Part shown: in pieces, positions 40,443-53,389 of the stretch
How positions within the stretch are numbered: position 1 is the stretch's first letter
Layout of the letters: each line of letters starts with the position of its first letter
Assembly: GCA_013115145.1 (NCBI GenBank)
Contig: JAAPAO010000096.1
Coordinates: 15,734-79,733, forward strand
Length of the DNA: 64,000 nt
Direction of reading: 5' to 3'
Origin: Perkinsus chesapeaki ATCC PRA-425
Lineage: Eukaryota > Protista > Perkinsozoa
The notes under the pieces: model-generated
The model's database searches: none
Told to the model about the DNA's origin: nothing
Seen by the model: only the letters and a program-made list of their open reading frames with translations
Translations under genes and position numbers: made by a program

Positions 40443-41400
40443 ATGATAGCCCACATCATCACCGTTCTTAGTATCATTGGCCGTCTTATTGCAGGAGTTG
40501 ACGTCGAGCTCTACTATGAAAGCCTGTGCCCATTTTGTCAAGACTTTATCACTGAGGACCTCTACTGTGTTATGAACCAGCCTGATTTGGAGAAGCACAT
40601 CAATCTAACTTTTGTTCCCTATGGGAATGCGGAGTAAGCTGGTCCTCTCCACCTGATGTGAGCTCTACCGTTTCTTAGTATCAATGAAACAACTAAGACC
40701 ATCACTTGCCAACATGGAGAAGACGAATGTCATTTCAATTTTTATGAGGGTTGCATGATTGCCAAGGGAGGACAGGATCAGCTCCACACTTTTAGGGCTG
40801 TTTCTGCACTTGAGGGTAGTGAAAAACTAACAGACGATGCTGCTGAACACGGTAAGAGTGACGCTTGCCTGCCGCAGTCATCAGCATGGATTGATTTCAG
40901 CATGCAAGACGTTTGGTCTTAATTTTGATGCTATTACAGCTTGCAGGAACTCTGACCAAGCCTACGAATTGCAGAAGAGATTCGCCGAGAGTAAGCCGGT
41001 TCCCACACTGCTCCCAATTGCTTCGTCCAAATCATTGGAGTTGTCTGACATGTGATTGTCTATCAGTGACCGAAGAAGCAAGACGAAACTTCACGGAGCA
41101 ATATGTTCCATGGATCGTCATCAATGGAGAACACATCGATGGCGATGACTTCGCAAATATCCTATGCAAGGCTTTACGTGAGTAAGTTATGACAACTGTC
41201 GGCTCATAGCCTATGCTTATCCGAAATATCGTCTAAGACATTCAGTGTCATTACTTTGGTACCAATCACGCCGATAGAGTCGCAAAGCACTTTAACTGAT
41301 TCGTCTTCTTCAGACACCCTAGGAAGTGCGAATGTCCTGAAAGCGGTGGGTTCTTACATCCCAGACCAGGGTTATCGCTGGCCTAATACTCCATTATAGG
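40443..41400 (+). CDS. IFI30: GILT-family (gamma-interferon-inducible lysosomal) thiol reductase
   Basis: Signal peptide, VELYYESLCPFC (CxxC), FVPYGNA, TCQHGEDEC...N..EGC, YVPWIVING. The last exon is uncertain. Confidence 0.92.
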
Positions 41401-44400
41401 GGCCATATCAGGCTAGCTTAGCTGGCCTAGCTTTACTGTTATTAATCTTGCCCTTGCATTAGGGCTTTCTACTAGTATACAGAGGAGCTCTGTGAAGTGA
41501 TCGTTACTGTAACGATGATGTAACATCAGCTCACTACTATTAGTAGTATCGAATACCAACTATCTCAGTAGAACATCGTCAATACCTTTCTCTCTTTCTT
41601 GTTACGTCTTTTGTGTTACATTGAGTGAATCAGTACATCGTGGATATGATATCGAAGTGTACCAGGCTAAGGAACTGTAAGAGAAAATCTACTGTAGACT
41701 ATCTAGTAGACGGCATCTACGCAACGGTTGACATCCCGTGAAGTAACTTCACTGAAGTTGATTTGTTTCGCAGCATTGCTTGGTCAGCAATAGCAGAAGG
41801 CAGACGAGGCTTCGAAGGTCAATGATTGAGTCAATCACGATCAGACCGTCAGTCGTTACCCAGCAATCAGATCCTACTCTCTTTCAGCATCAAAAAGGAA
41901 CCTTGATGAAGGGTTTTATTGGGAAAGCATGTGGTAGAAAAAAAGATAGTGTCGCGGTGTGCTACATATAAATCATACGAATGCAAAGAGATAATATTGT
42001 TAACAAATCAGTAGCATAGGTTGCTAGGTACTCTGATTTGGATTACCTATAGCAGATGATAGAGCAGACAAGCAACATTTGGGCTACAGATTTGAAATAC
42101 TAATCTCGGTGGCTGTCAGCCACTGGCCGAGACCTAGCTGCGGTATCAATTGGAAGGCCACCAGACTGGTGGCATCAGTCTGTACCTTCCAGGAATCCTT
42201 TTCACGCTTGAGGCCACCAATTTGGCGAGCAGGAAAGTCACTTTCGCGGATAGGGACATCAATTTAGCCATTTGCGGTGGGGGTCGGATAGGGAGATCAA
42301 TTCCGCGAATGAGGAAAACAATCTCATGAAGACGGATCATGATTCCAGGGAAAAGGACATCAAGATCGGGTTGTTCTACAAATTACAACTCTCTTTTTCA
42401 TCCTCAAATGTCGATTGCGTGACTGACCTGGAGGCCCCTGAAAGGTCGCAAAGTCGACCTGGTAGAGTTTATCGTTCACATAGACTACTGACTCAGTAGT
42501 ATTGCATGGCGAGTGGCATTTAGCGCGGTTGACTGGAGAGGTTTATGCAGTTCCTACATTGCAGTATACCTGACTTTCTACGAACCTGAAATGTATCCTG
42601 GATGAACGATGAAATGGTCGCCATCTTCGGAACCGTGATGAGGTTCCTGACTGAGGGCATGCTAGGTACTCAATGAGTACTACTCATTAAGCGTTTGAGG
42701 AATGATACGAACCTGAGTTGATCTCGATGCGCGGAATCAATTCGGGTTTATATTAGAGCTCGGACTACGGAGCCACTCGTGCATATTCTCCATATTGAAG
42801 ATTTATATGCACGGCGACTGATAGGAAGTAACTAATGATATGCTAGGGCATCGGTACAGATAACTGCTGAGCCCTAACTGTTACACCGTGCAATTTGTGT
42901 GTAGGGCAAAATACCTTGTTCACAATCTCGTGTCCGAGGGAGCGCGAATCACGCCCTGATTCAAATGTCAAGGAAGCCTCACTTCAACACCCATGTTCGA
43001 TGTGGCATCACTTCTCGGATTCAATTCCGACATCAATACTGATCAATGACATGTAATCTCTAGATACTAAATTATATCTTTGTGGATCTTCGGGAGCTGT
43101 ACCTTATTTCCTTGGCATCCTCGGTAGGTGCTAGTGCCGCTCCTTTGGGGGCGATCTGTCGTGGGGAGACAGACCGCTTTTTGGTGCCTCAGTCTTTTCA
43201 GGAGCATTCTGGAACTGCTAACTCTCATTGAAAGGTTCAAATGGTGCTTCCGACTGGGTATGGCTCCTTCTTGAGTTCTCGAGCTCGCGGGAATCGAATT
43301 CAACTGCTATGATGCTCAGCATCGACGATACCCTCACTGAACCTTTTCAGATAGGCTCCTCAATGAACCAACTCGTACTATCAAAGATAGGAAGGTTTTC
43401 CCTAATATGAGAGCATTCTTACAGCTTATTCTTCCTGTAGAATAGTGATATTATTGCTGGAGGCAGGAAGAGTTGCATCTGGTCCGCCTGGTGCGAATCG
43501 CACCAGGCGATATCGCACCAGGCGATACAGCTTCTGCTCAGCATTGGTCCAGTGCACAACTCCCTGTCCTCCATTCTAGATGCACAAGTTCTTGGCAAAG
43601 CTCTGCTCGTGGTTCTCTACTCATATGCATAAGTCATGCTGGTATAGCGAATAATTATCCAGCCTCAAATTTCTTAAGACTAAAAAAAATCGGAAATAAA
43701 CTAAACGGCCTTGGTATGCATGGCGCCTCGTACAGCCACCGGCCCCAAACCCATTCGGGAAGAGGCGTGGTAGAAGAGGTGGTTGCGGTGGCGCTCAAGC
43801 ACGATTTATCCTCTCACTTCTAGGACGATTAGCAGCTCTGCCCTTTCCGTAAGAGCTCATCGACCCTCATCAAAATCGAGCTCTACTCAGGATCCATGGC
43901 TTTCAGAGAGCCGCTTTCCGTGGTACTAGGAAGGAACGCAGTCAGCGTCGGCTTCTCGGTACGGATTTGTTTCAAGTAGGTTTCAATATCTTATGTTTAT
44001 CCTCAACCTGCGCACCATTTTCCTCTTCATGTTCGGTAGCTTCGTGGTTCTGCTGTGCCCGGCTGAGCCCTCTGTGGAGACTGACCACGGTGTCCGTAGC
44101 TTGAACCGCAAATCCGACTGTGACTTTTGCCGCTTTTGCACTGGAGGAGGAATTCTGGTGTTTCCTGTCACAATCCCCTGTGCAACCTACAATGAAAAAT
44201 GTAAGGGTGATGAAGAATGCAGCGAATGCTGCGATTAACATTGTCTTCCAGCTCTCGGAATGAAAATCTTAGTCCGCGTCACTATGCCCTCGAAGTCATG
44301 TCATGCTATTCTTTATGTTGTTAAGTTAAACATCTCTAATCAACCCGCTGGCTTCCTCTACACTGTATTGACCTCGTCTTGGTCTCTTAAGCTATCGGAG

Positions 44401-45496
44401 GCCAGAGTGGCCTAACTGAGGCCGCTTAAGGGTCTGAATGGAGACGTCGATAAGAGCTATGTTTCATAACATCGCACCATCAATGTCGACTCTACTGCTG
44501 AGCTGTGTTAAGTCTGTCCATCATCAATACTACGTACGTCATATATTGTCGTGTGTTTATGTCCATTGCTGTAGAGCGCGCCACCATCTGGGCGACTACG
44601 GACTGGCAGTTGTGCTTCTCCCGTGGAGCCTCCGGCGCTCGAGGCCCACCCCCACACCAGAATGAGAGCCTTTTGTTGACCATCATGCCTCCTGCGGGTC
44701 GCATTACTAGAAACTTTGCTGATACCCTATCTGCTCAAGGATCTGGTGAACACAGCAGTCGTCACTGGGGGCGACTTTGATGCTCAATTCTGGTGATGCT
44801 ATTGTACGCAAAAGTCGGCCGATTGACCTATTTCTTGTCAATGAATGCTCTTCTTGTGTTCCCTTCAGTGTTAATGTATTGAATTGAGCAAAAGAATAAA
44901 CAGCCAAACATCAGATGTATACGGAATTATTCATTTTTCTTGCTTTTCGAAACCCTCAGTCGCTGCGCCTCAGTCATCAGCGATCTTCGATTAGTTCGTG
45001 GCGAATATGCGAGAAGTGAGTTTTGGAGAACATGGTTTTATAAGCATCGATTAATGAACCACATGACAGACATCAGCGATAATCGATAATCCAAGAAAGA
45101 TACGCACTGTGGCGACACTGTCACAGTTACAGCGAACCCCACGACCTTCGGCAAAGCAGGGGCCTTACAGGAGGTTAAACTAACAAACGTCAAACAATTC
45201 AACTAGTTTGTAATCAGTATACACGAAGTGAGTCATGACGAGACTCTACTGGCCACAACTGGCAGGCAGTGCGGAAATGAGCAAAATGTAGCACAGAGTC
45301 TACTTGTAGATGGAATGGTTGATACTTTGTTACCTATGAACACTGAAGGTCAGTAAATTTGAAGCAAACGTGGAGTGAATGTTGTGAGTCGCTACGAGCG
45401 AGTTCTGGCTTCTCCTCGGTAGCAGTGTATATGATTATGGTTGAAACTAAACACATCACCCTCAGAAAAGTCGATTAATGCAGCTAACAGCAGACA

Positions 45497-47672
45497 TTAG
45501 GAATACTCGATGACATAGTCGGATGTTTCAAACAACCATTTATGATTAGTTCCTCTGTGGAACGGTTCCAGTGGAATCCCCAGAGCGCTTAAAATAGTGG
45601 GAACATAATCCCTAAGGGGCGGACAGTAAGTCAGTTAGTTCTTGCACGGCGACATCATCACCACTTACATATTATCTACCCATCTCTCCATGTGACCCGG
45701 ATTCTTAATGAGCTTTGCGGTGCTGCAGAAGATCGCCGGAGTATCAGTATTAGCAGTATCCCAAGCACCATGGTTATTCCGATACCTAATGCATGTCAAG
45801 CTCAATATCGTGTACACACTCAGGCAGTCTAATTATGAATAACAACAAACACACTTGTTACTGTCCCTTCTCAAGACAACAGTGTTGTCTTAAGAAGTTG
45901 TCTTAATAACAGTTAGGGACAATTGTGTTGTCACAACACAATAGTCCCTAACTGTTATTCTAGCTTATTATGAAGACTTAGCAGCCGCACACTTACATAA
46001 GTACGTGACTAGAGTGAATTTAACTACTATTGTTGTTCATTCAAGGTTTGATTCCCATTCGTACAACAACTCCTGCGTAATGTCTGGTGACTCATAATTC
46101 AGCGATACCGTTTCGAAGGTGGGGTCGAGTCGGCTGATTCTGGTACACACTGGATTCCGAGTCAAGACCCCTTCACATCAATTCTACAACTAAAAGTAAG
46201 TTCCGTGAAATATTTGGCATCCAAAGCTACCAGGTTTGATGGTCTACTGATGAGCTATGTACAGTAGCAGTCATCTAGACTCTAGAGAGGGGGAATAGAT
46301 GAGCAGCCATAACTTCTCCAAAAATGGGGCGTTCCAGTTAATTTTCCCTTCTATACAGTACTGGCATAAACCCACAGTTTTGGAATATATGTATGTGGCT
46401 TAAAGTTTACTGCCAAGATTTACTGATGGACTTGTATTGTGAAGCATCCCCGAGGAATACCCGCCATGGTCAGCAGTTATCAAGATGAGCGTTTCATCCT
46501 CAATGCGACCCTGACCAAGAGCCTCCAGCATCTTGAAAACGTAGCCATCGGCGTTTTTCAAAGCGGCGTAATACCTGCAGCAAAATGAGCCAATCAGATG
46601 CAGGAAACTGACTGTGGAGAGCCCCAGTAGGATTCATGACCAGCGCTGTCGACCTGAGGCATGAGGCGGCCGGAAGACAGCAAGGAGTGGTTACGGACCT
46701 CTTCAATGTGGAGAAATGTAACATGAGGTGCATCATCGGCTATCATCAGATCGAAAAGGAACTTCACCGGACCATCATCATGCATCTTTCCTAAACCGAC
46801 CATCCTCATCTTGACCTATTTGCCGAGCCTTACCGTCAAACTCGTGGTCCACATCGTTGCCAGATAGGGTTTCTGAAACATGCTCGATGATCGAGACAGA
46901 TAACGAGACATAACGTACGCAACCAGGACCAGCCATATGCAGAGGCCGTTGAAATGAGCTTTGAGAAGGTCTTCGCCGAATGGAAAATTGTTGGCGGTAA
47001 TTTTCCTGAGGATCAACTCCCGCCTCATTCGACGCGGAATCTTACCTGCCCCAGTTACTGGGGCGACGCGCCCATCCACCAAACTGCTCGGGCTTGAGTC
47101 GTTCAAAGACCATCCATTGCTGAGTATTCCGGTACCGGCTGGAGGGATGCCTAAGAGCATCGTTTGTTATGACCAACACTAGTAGTGATGATATCTACCT
47201 GTCAGTATCGTCGACCAATTTGGTGCGCTGATAGTGGGATTCTTATTTCGTGCTGAGAACGTATAAGCGCATTCATCAGAATCAATCAAGGACCTGAAGG
47301 CGGACCAAGGATGACTTCAACATCATAAATACTGAAGAAAGGTTCACATTCCACCGTTTGCTCTTGTGCAACAAATCAATCGTTCTACCACGACTACAAT
47401 CCAAAAGGGATACAACACTACTGGTAACCAATGACGGCCTTAGGAGACACCAGATATGCAAAAATGAGAAGTTCTAGCGGACACGATTACGCTTACTTCA
47501 GAGTTGGTGCGTGATCTTTCGTAATGTTCCTCAAATAAACCCCGCCGAGCCCATCAATGCCGATTATCAAAGCCCGCTTGAACATACCGTGTGGCCACGC
47601 ACTCGTATCCGCTCCTGCTTCAATAGCGAGGAGGAGGAGGAGGAGGAGCAATGACAATATTGCGAGACGCAT
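45497..47672 (-). CDS. Alkaline phosphatase superfamily (type I phosphodiesterase/NPP-like), paralog A
   Basis: Signal peptide, IIGIDGLGG, PTISAPNWSTILTG (nucleophile), FLHIEEVDSAGH, NNHG; ends DYVPTILSALGI...YVIEYS*. Confidence 0.85.
45867..45959. repeat. Two adjacent near-perfect palindromes in an intron of paralog A
   Basis: 45867-45897 has 15-bp arms, 1 mismatch and a 1-nt centre; 45905-45959 has 27-bp arms, 1 mismatch and a 1-nt centre. Confidence 0.95.
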
Positions 47673-47749
47673 GCCAGGTAATCGGAAACTGGATCGATCG
47701 AGATTGCCATCTGCCTTTTGGAACGAACGCATATCGCTCCGCTAAACCT

Positions 47750-50650
47750 GACAATATACCGTGTCATGTCGCAACAGTATAGGCCAAGGGCCATGGCTAT
47801 ATAATTGACAATACTTCAGAATAACACAACACATAGAAAATACAGAGACAACTAGCCAATTTCCGAGCGACGAACTGAAGTCGGTTAAGCTGTACGCATG
47901 AACACAGAGGAGAAGCCTACATTGATCAACAGTGCTGCAAGGATCATCATGTTGATGGTGTTGCGGTTTCGGCACCCACCCGGCAATTGCCAAGTCGGGT
48001 GATGCCTTCTGAAAAAGCAGCATTTACCTGCTATATCGTCTCTGTTCATTCCCCTGCCCTGCCCGAGTGACAGGTGAGGCACCCAGAATAAGTACCGGAC
48101 AACAAGAACAGGCAACTGGAGAGGGGGTACTCCCATATCAGAGGTAACAACTATAACACCGGACACAAGCGAACAAGCCAGACTTACTTGTATGGAGCAG
48201 TGAGAATCCCTCTGGGACATGTCCGCCAACTTGAACGACATCAACAAAGAGATCGAGCGAAGCTAGCAATACGCAACCCGTTTTGATACCCTCATTTTTT
48301 GAGATGCTCGGGATAAAATGAATTAGAAGTGCCTACTAGATCTATTGAAACCTCCAAGGAACATAAGCAAGACTACACTGTCGATATACAATCGTCAGTT
48401 TCGGCGAATCGAAAGAAAATCGCAGCTTCCCAATGACACCGCTGATGTATACAGTTAACCCGTTGAAGGAAACTGGCAATGTCGGCGTTACTAATCACTG
48501 GTTTATTACTGATACCAGAAATAAAATATAAGGACAGCAAATATTCAACATAAATACAAGTATTAATGCAGACTTCACGATTTCAACCTTCAGTGGGGAA
48601 GGACCTGGCAATTTGCCACTGTAAGCTGCTCTGTGGAGAGGTGGGATCAGCACCCACATTCAGTGCTGAGAAACCTGAAGGCAATACCTCACCATGCCAC
48701 CTTCCAGCTCAAACAGACTCAATCTGAACATTCATGACAGGTGAGGCACCCAACTTGAAAACCATGCCGTACATGAACAAGGTGAGACCAATACAGTAGT
48801 AAGCAGTAAGACTAAGGGAACTCACCGATTGGCATTTATATCGGTGACAGCCATCGAGATAACCGAAACCTACAAGTCACTGAGAACCTGCACGATAGAG
48901 AACGAACTTCACTCCAGGATAACTGTAACGCGCGCAAACAAGGTCATATTTATCCTTTTCACTGGTCCTGTGTATTTGCAACTTTGTGTGCTTCAAGTAG
49001 AACATCTACAAGTAGAGAGTTGTATTATATAGAAGCTTCATTTCCGAGCCGCGCTGACCATGTCTCTAACATTCGTGTAATCTACAAACCATGTGAAGAG
49101 CGTGTTCGTCCTGGACGTGGAAGCCAACCGATATGCCAACAACGGTGTCGGATCGCCACGGGAGCTGCTGAGAAGTCTTGCTGTAGAACTTGAAGTGTCG
49201 AGGTAGACAATCGCAACCCTTGAATGTCTCTCAAGTAAACCCTTGGTCGTTAGTAACGAGACAGCGAACTACTAGCTACCATCTGGGTGCCACGGCGCGC
49301 TTGTTGAGGGGGAGCGTCTTCAAGTCATAGGAAACCGTGTTCTAACGAGATAACACTGACAACCATGATCATAATATATAATCCTGCTGGTTGCAAACAC
49401 AAGACAGCTGTTTAGGATAATTGACTACACTCGAGAGCCTAGAGCCTATCTAGCGGTAGTTATCGAGTAACTCCTCACTGATATATACTCGTCTGGCAGT
49501 AACATCATCATGCAGTCAGCACTGACAGGTGGGGCACCCACGAAGGGTACCAGAAAAGAACAGAAAAACGACAAGATTTGAAAAACTGTCCTTGAAGCTT
49601 ATACTTACGTTCAAAGATCTTGGGGGCAATCTCCATCCTGAAGACCACATGAAATATAGTGTTAACCAATCAGTAGAGCTTTACAACAATTTATATGTGC
49701 TTAATATGTATAGGTATACCATATCCTATTATCAAAGGGAGTTGCCAAAATATCCAAGTCTTAGGGAATCGTCAAAATATCCAAGTCTTAGGGAATCGTC
49801 AAAATATCCAAGTCTTAGGGAATCGTCAAAGTACCCGAAGTGCCGAAGGGAATCGTTAAATGTACCATAACTTCAAGTATACACACCAGAATGATCGATA
49901 GTAATGTTCATAACCCCTTACGAGACGATGAGTGGGTGAAAGGTCCTACAGGGTAAATACTATTGATCTGTTAGCCGTTTGGCTGCCAACTGATACACAC
50001 AAGAAACCACACTCACGGTAGCGGACTCACAATATAGCCATTAGAGTACTGATAATCATACAACTCGCTTAACCGTGCTAACCGCCTGATGACACCAACA
50101 ACAATGAAGAAGCAAACCGAGAATCACAGCAACTGTCGTCCTTCATTTTCGAGCCACGTTTTTCATTGTAATAAAGAGCGAGCCGTCCGAGAGACCTGAC
50201 GGAATTCGTCGAAGAGTAAGGAGTCGAGCACCTAATAAGTGCTGGCACAAGAAGTGGCAAAACCAAGGGAACACCGCTAAGGGGAATACAAGGGTAAGTG
50301 AATCTCGTTCAAACGTGCCTGATGTAGGTAAAACCGCATAACTAGCGCAGAAGCACATTATGGGAGAGTCGAGCCATAGTTCAAGAAAAGATAACTACCA
50401 AAGGGTTGAATATCGGAGATCAAGAGGCTCAGGTAGGGCGTCCATGTATGTCTGCAAGGGGCCCTTGCACAAAAGTCGGCCCTCAAGAGGCGACAGAACT
50501 AAACGGAGCAAGCCAGCTTCCTTGTGGCATCCTTGCATCAAGGAGTACTCACACGAGCATCGAAGACCGACCATAGTCAACGTAAGTGAAGATTATAGTA
50601 GTTACCAAAGTAGTAACAACCTCAAGGGGGGCAATGAAAGTCTTAGCGAA
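47750..50650 (-). CDS. One or two uncharacterised multi-exon genes
   Basis: Exon-like segments bounded by AG/GT on the minus strand (RLARLSELYDYQYSNGYI; YFDDSLRLG repeats; TSSSTARLLSSSRGDPTPLLAYRL; ASPDLAIAGWVPKPQHHQHDD). No confident full model. Confidence 0.35.
49746..49866. repeat. 27-bp tandem repeat (3 exact copies plus one diverged 30-bp copy)
   Basis: Unit caaaatatccaagtcttagggaatcgt; open on both strands (KYPSLRESS on +, DDSLRLGYF on -). Confidence 0.95.
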
Positions 50651-51227
50651 TGGAACAGCTAAGGGGGGCTGGCGCTCATCAAGTTGGCACGCATGAGCAC
50701 CGCGCGCATGGCAGTTATTCTCTCATAGACGAAGAAGGGCACGCACCTTGGTGGTAATGTTGAGCGGTTCTGTTGCGGCAACACTGTCGGTTACGTATAT
50801 GGCAGGGACATTCAACGCACTTAAGTACAAAGCAATTATATTGATAAAGATTCATAGGATTGTTTGCGCATGCGTGCAGGAGGGCGCAATTTGGCCCGCG
50901 CGCCGAAAGGGATTCGATTCAAGGCAACAGTTATAGTATGCGCGATGTAGAAAGAACTCCCTCCTGCGTGGCGCATTATAGCGCAATACACTTCGCTGAT
51001 ACGGCACTGGTCATTGAGAGTCAAGTTGTCAGAGTTGTTGAATCAAAGAAGGCTACTTCAAGGAAACTTCTTCACACAACTTCCTTTACTACGGGTACCC
51101 TACTTGCGTGCAATACGAATGCTTACTAAATTACCCGTAATGACGCTTTTCTATAAACGAGCGTCACCATTATCCAGGCGAGACCCTTTTTGTGCTTCGG
51201 CAAGTATAGCATTTCTTTGATCTGTTT

Positions 51228-53212
51228 ATGGTACTGAAGTCTGACACTGACGATTACTTCAATGCGAGGGAGCAAGCGATGCTCGCGATGGAGAAAGAAC
51301 TTGAGGAGAGGAAATCACGCGCACTCTCCGAGGCTGACCAGGCTATGCAGCGGGTGAAGTCCCAAAAGATGCAGGTCGGCAATACCGCCAGTAGTCAAGG
51401 AAACACAACACACATGTCAGGCTCTGCAACGTCCCAACTCGCGCTCTCTACGAGGTTTCGACCAGCTCGTCGCTGAGAAAGCTATTCAAGAGCCCAGCAA
51501 AGAAGTCCCCGCTAGCTCTTTTTCTGCAGCTACTCCGACACCACGCCTGTCGGCGAGAGCCCCGCCGAGTAAGTGCCAAATTTGAGGATTGTGTTATCCT
51601 TGCTACTGCGTAGGCGCTCCAGCCACCGAACCGGCGATCGGAGATGAGCTTGAGTCACTCCGTGGAACAATTCGTTTCCAGAAAGCCAGAATTCAAGCCC
51701 TGCAAGAGGAACTCGATGCAGCGGTGAAAGGAGGTTCGGAGCGCGGCAGAGAGGTGAACTCAACGGAAGTTAATACATAAAGGCGATCGTGTATTTTAGT
51801 TGCACGAACTGAAGGAGGAGACGAAGAATAAAACCGAAGAGAATGCTAAACTGGAGCGTAGATGTGCCATGCTTGAGAAGGAGAATGAGAAGCTATTAAT
51901 CAAAGCTACTAAGCAGGTGAGTTACGGTGAAGCAGCACGCTTTCTCCATCTAACACTAAATGGCCTGCGCTCATTGAGGGCACGGATATGGCTGTGGCAT
52001 CCTTGTATTCTTAGTCAGGCGGTAGATGGAGCGCGCGACTCACTAATTTGAGTACCACTGTCTGTAAATCCAGACCGGCGCCGTTTCATTGAATGTCTTT
52101 CAGGAGGAGCGTGCTAAGGCGATAGATGAGGAGCTTCATGAAGTGAAGAAGGACTACGAACAGCTACAGGTGACACTGTCCCGATGACTTCTGCGATACC
52201 TCCCACCGCAATCATCAGCACCATCCTGACTATTTTAACTACTTCATATGTTAAAATATCATGAGATCAACCCTGTCAAAACAGCTTCCCCAATAGGTCC
52301 CGAACACCGTAATCAGTTTACCCAACAGCCCTTCACTTAAACTCCAGTGGTGGGTTCTCAGGATTCTTATTACGTATCTTATTGAGACTTAGCATCACTG
52401 AGCTATCTGCACATTCATTCACTGCGGAAAATCAGCCCTTGGTTACTAAAGCTCCTCCTCGCGAATAGACTGCATAACGATATCTCAGAGCAGGAGACTT
52501 GCGCTCGTACTTTACTGGAAATTGATGTAGATTCTCCATCGTAAAATGGACCACGAGTCAAGAGCGAAGGACACAAGAATAGCTCGAATGACAGAGGAGG
52601 TCGAAAAGTAAGCTTTGTGTCATTATAACAAAATGTGGAAGACGGTATATGGCCGAACCTGTAACGCAGCTCACTTCGGCAGAAAACGAATGATAAACTA
52701 TACTGACTGAAGAGTGACGTTCTCCAGTTGTGTGCACAATAGAACGATTTTGGAGCCGATGGTTTTCTCAGGGCCAAAGTTGCCGTAAGGGAGGCGAGAA
52801 GCCACCAGAAAGAGAAGACAGTTTGTGACAAGAGGGAATCAGACCGCATGCTTAACGAGGTAGGGTTTGTTGCCTTGTAGCTCCGGTACGGGAGCACGAT
52901 TCTTTTGTGTTGCCCGCTGAATTGGTAACTAGTAAATTTGTTTGATAGATACGGAAGCTGGAGCGTCAGAGAGCCGAGCTAATAGGGGCTTTCAAGAAAC
53001 AGATGAAGCTCATCGATGTGTTAAAACGGCAAAAAGTATGCTTTTCAGATTGTGTCTCGGATTGCAGCCACGGTTGGATTCCCCGGTGGCGATCATCATC
53101 AACAAGAGGGTTGATGCCTTTAAATTAGATTCATGTTGAAGCCGCACGATTATTGTCATTCACCGAAGAAGAATTCATTTCGGCTCTCGAGCTCGGAGGC
53201 AAGCTGAAGTGA
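51228..53212 (+). CDS. TEX9: Testis-expressed protein 9-like coiled-coil (centriole/cilium-associated) protein
   Basis: Coiled-coil exons (TIRFQKARIQALQEEL; DTRIARMTEEVEK) and the characteristic C-terminus IRKLERQRAELIGAFKKQMKLIDVLKRQK|IHVEAARLLSFTEEEFISALELG. Confidence 0.88.
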
Positions 53213-53389
53213 TGTGTTTCATTGTGTTGTGTTCGAGAGTCACCACGGAGCATTCCAGTGTACTGTCTGCATATAGCCGAATTAGTCTGAATGGTGATTG
53301 ACACTGTCCCCGCGAAACTGTTATGAAGAATACGGAGAAAACCGTAAAACGTTCCGTATTGTCCGTAATGCGAGTACATGTCACGAGAG

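Noticed and set aside
41700-44900. Short ORFs, including a single-TM segment at 43972-44241
   Set aside because: Frames were ambiguous with stops; probably contains genes, but I cannot support a model.
48050-48760. CxxCH heme-binding motifs (GCLTCH) in one frame of the dispersed motif
   Set aside because: That frame hits stops within a few codons; the motif is more likely intronic.
50885-50925. tRNA T-loop-like ggattcgattc
   Set aside because: No cloverleaf or acceptor stem.
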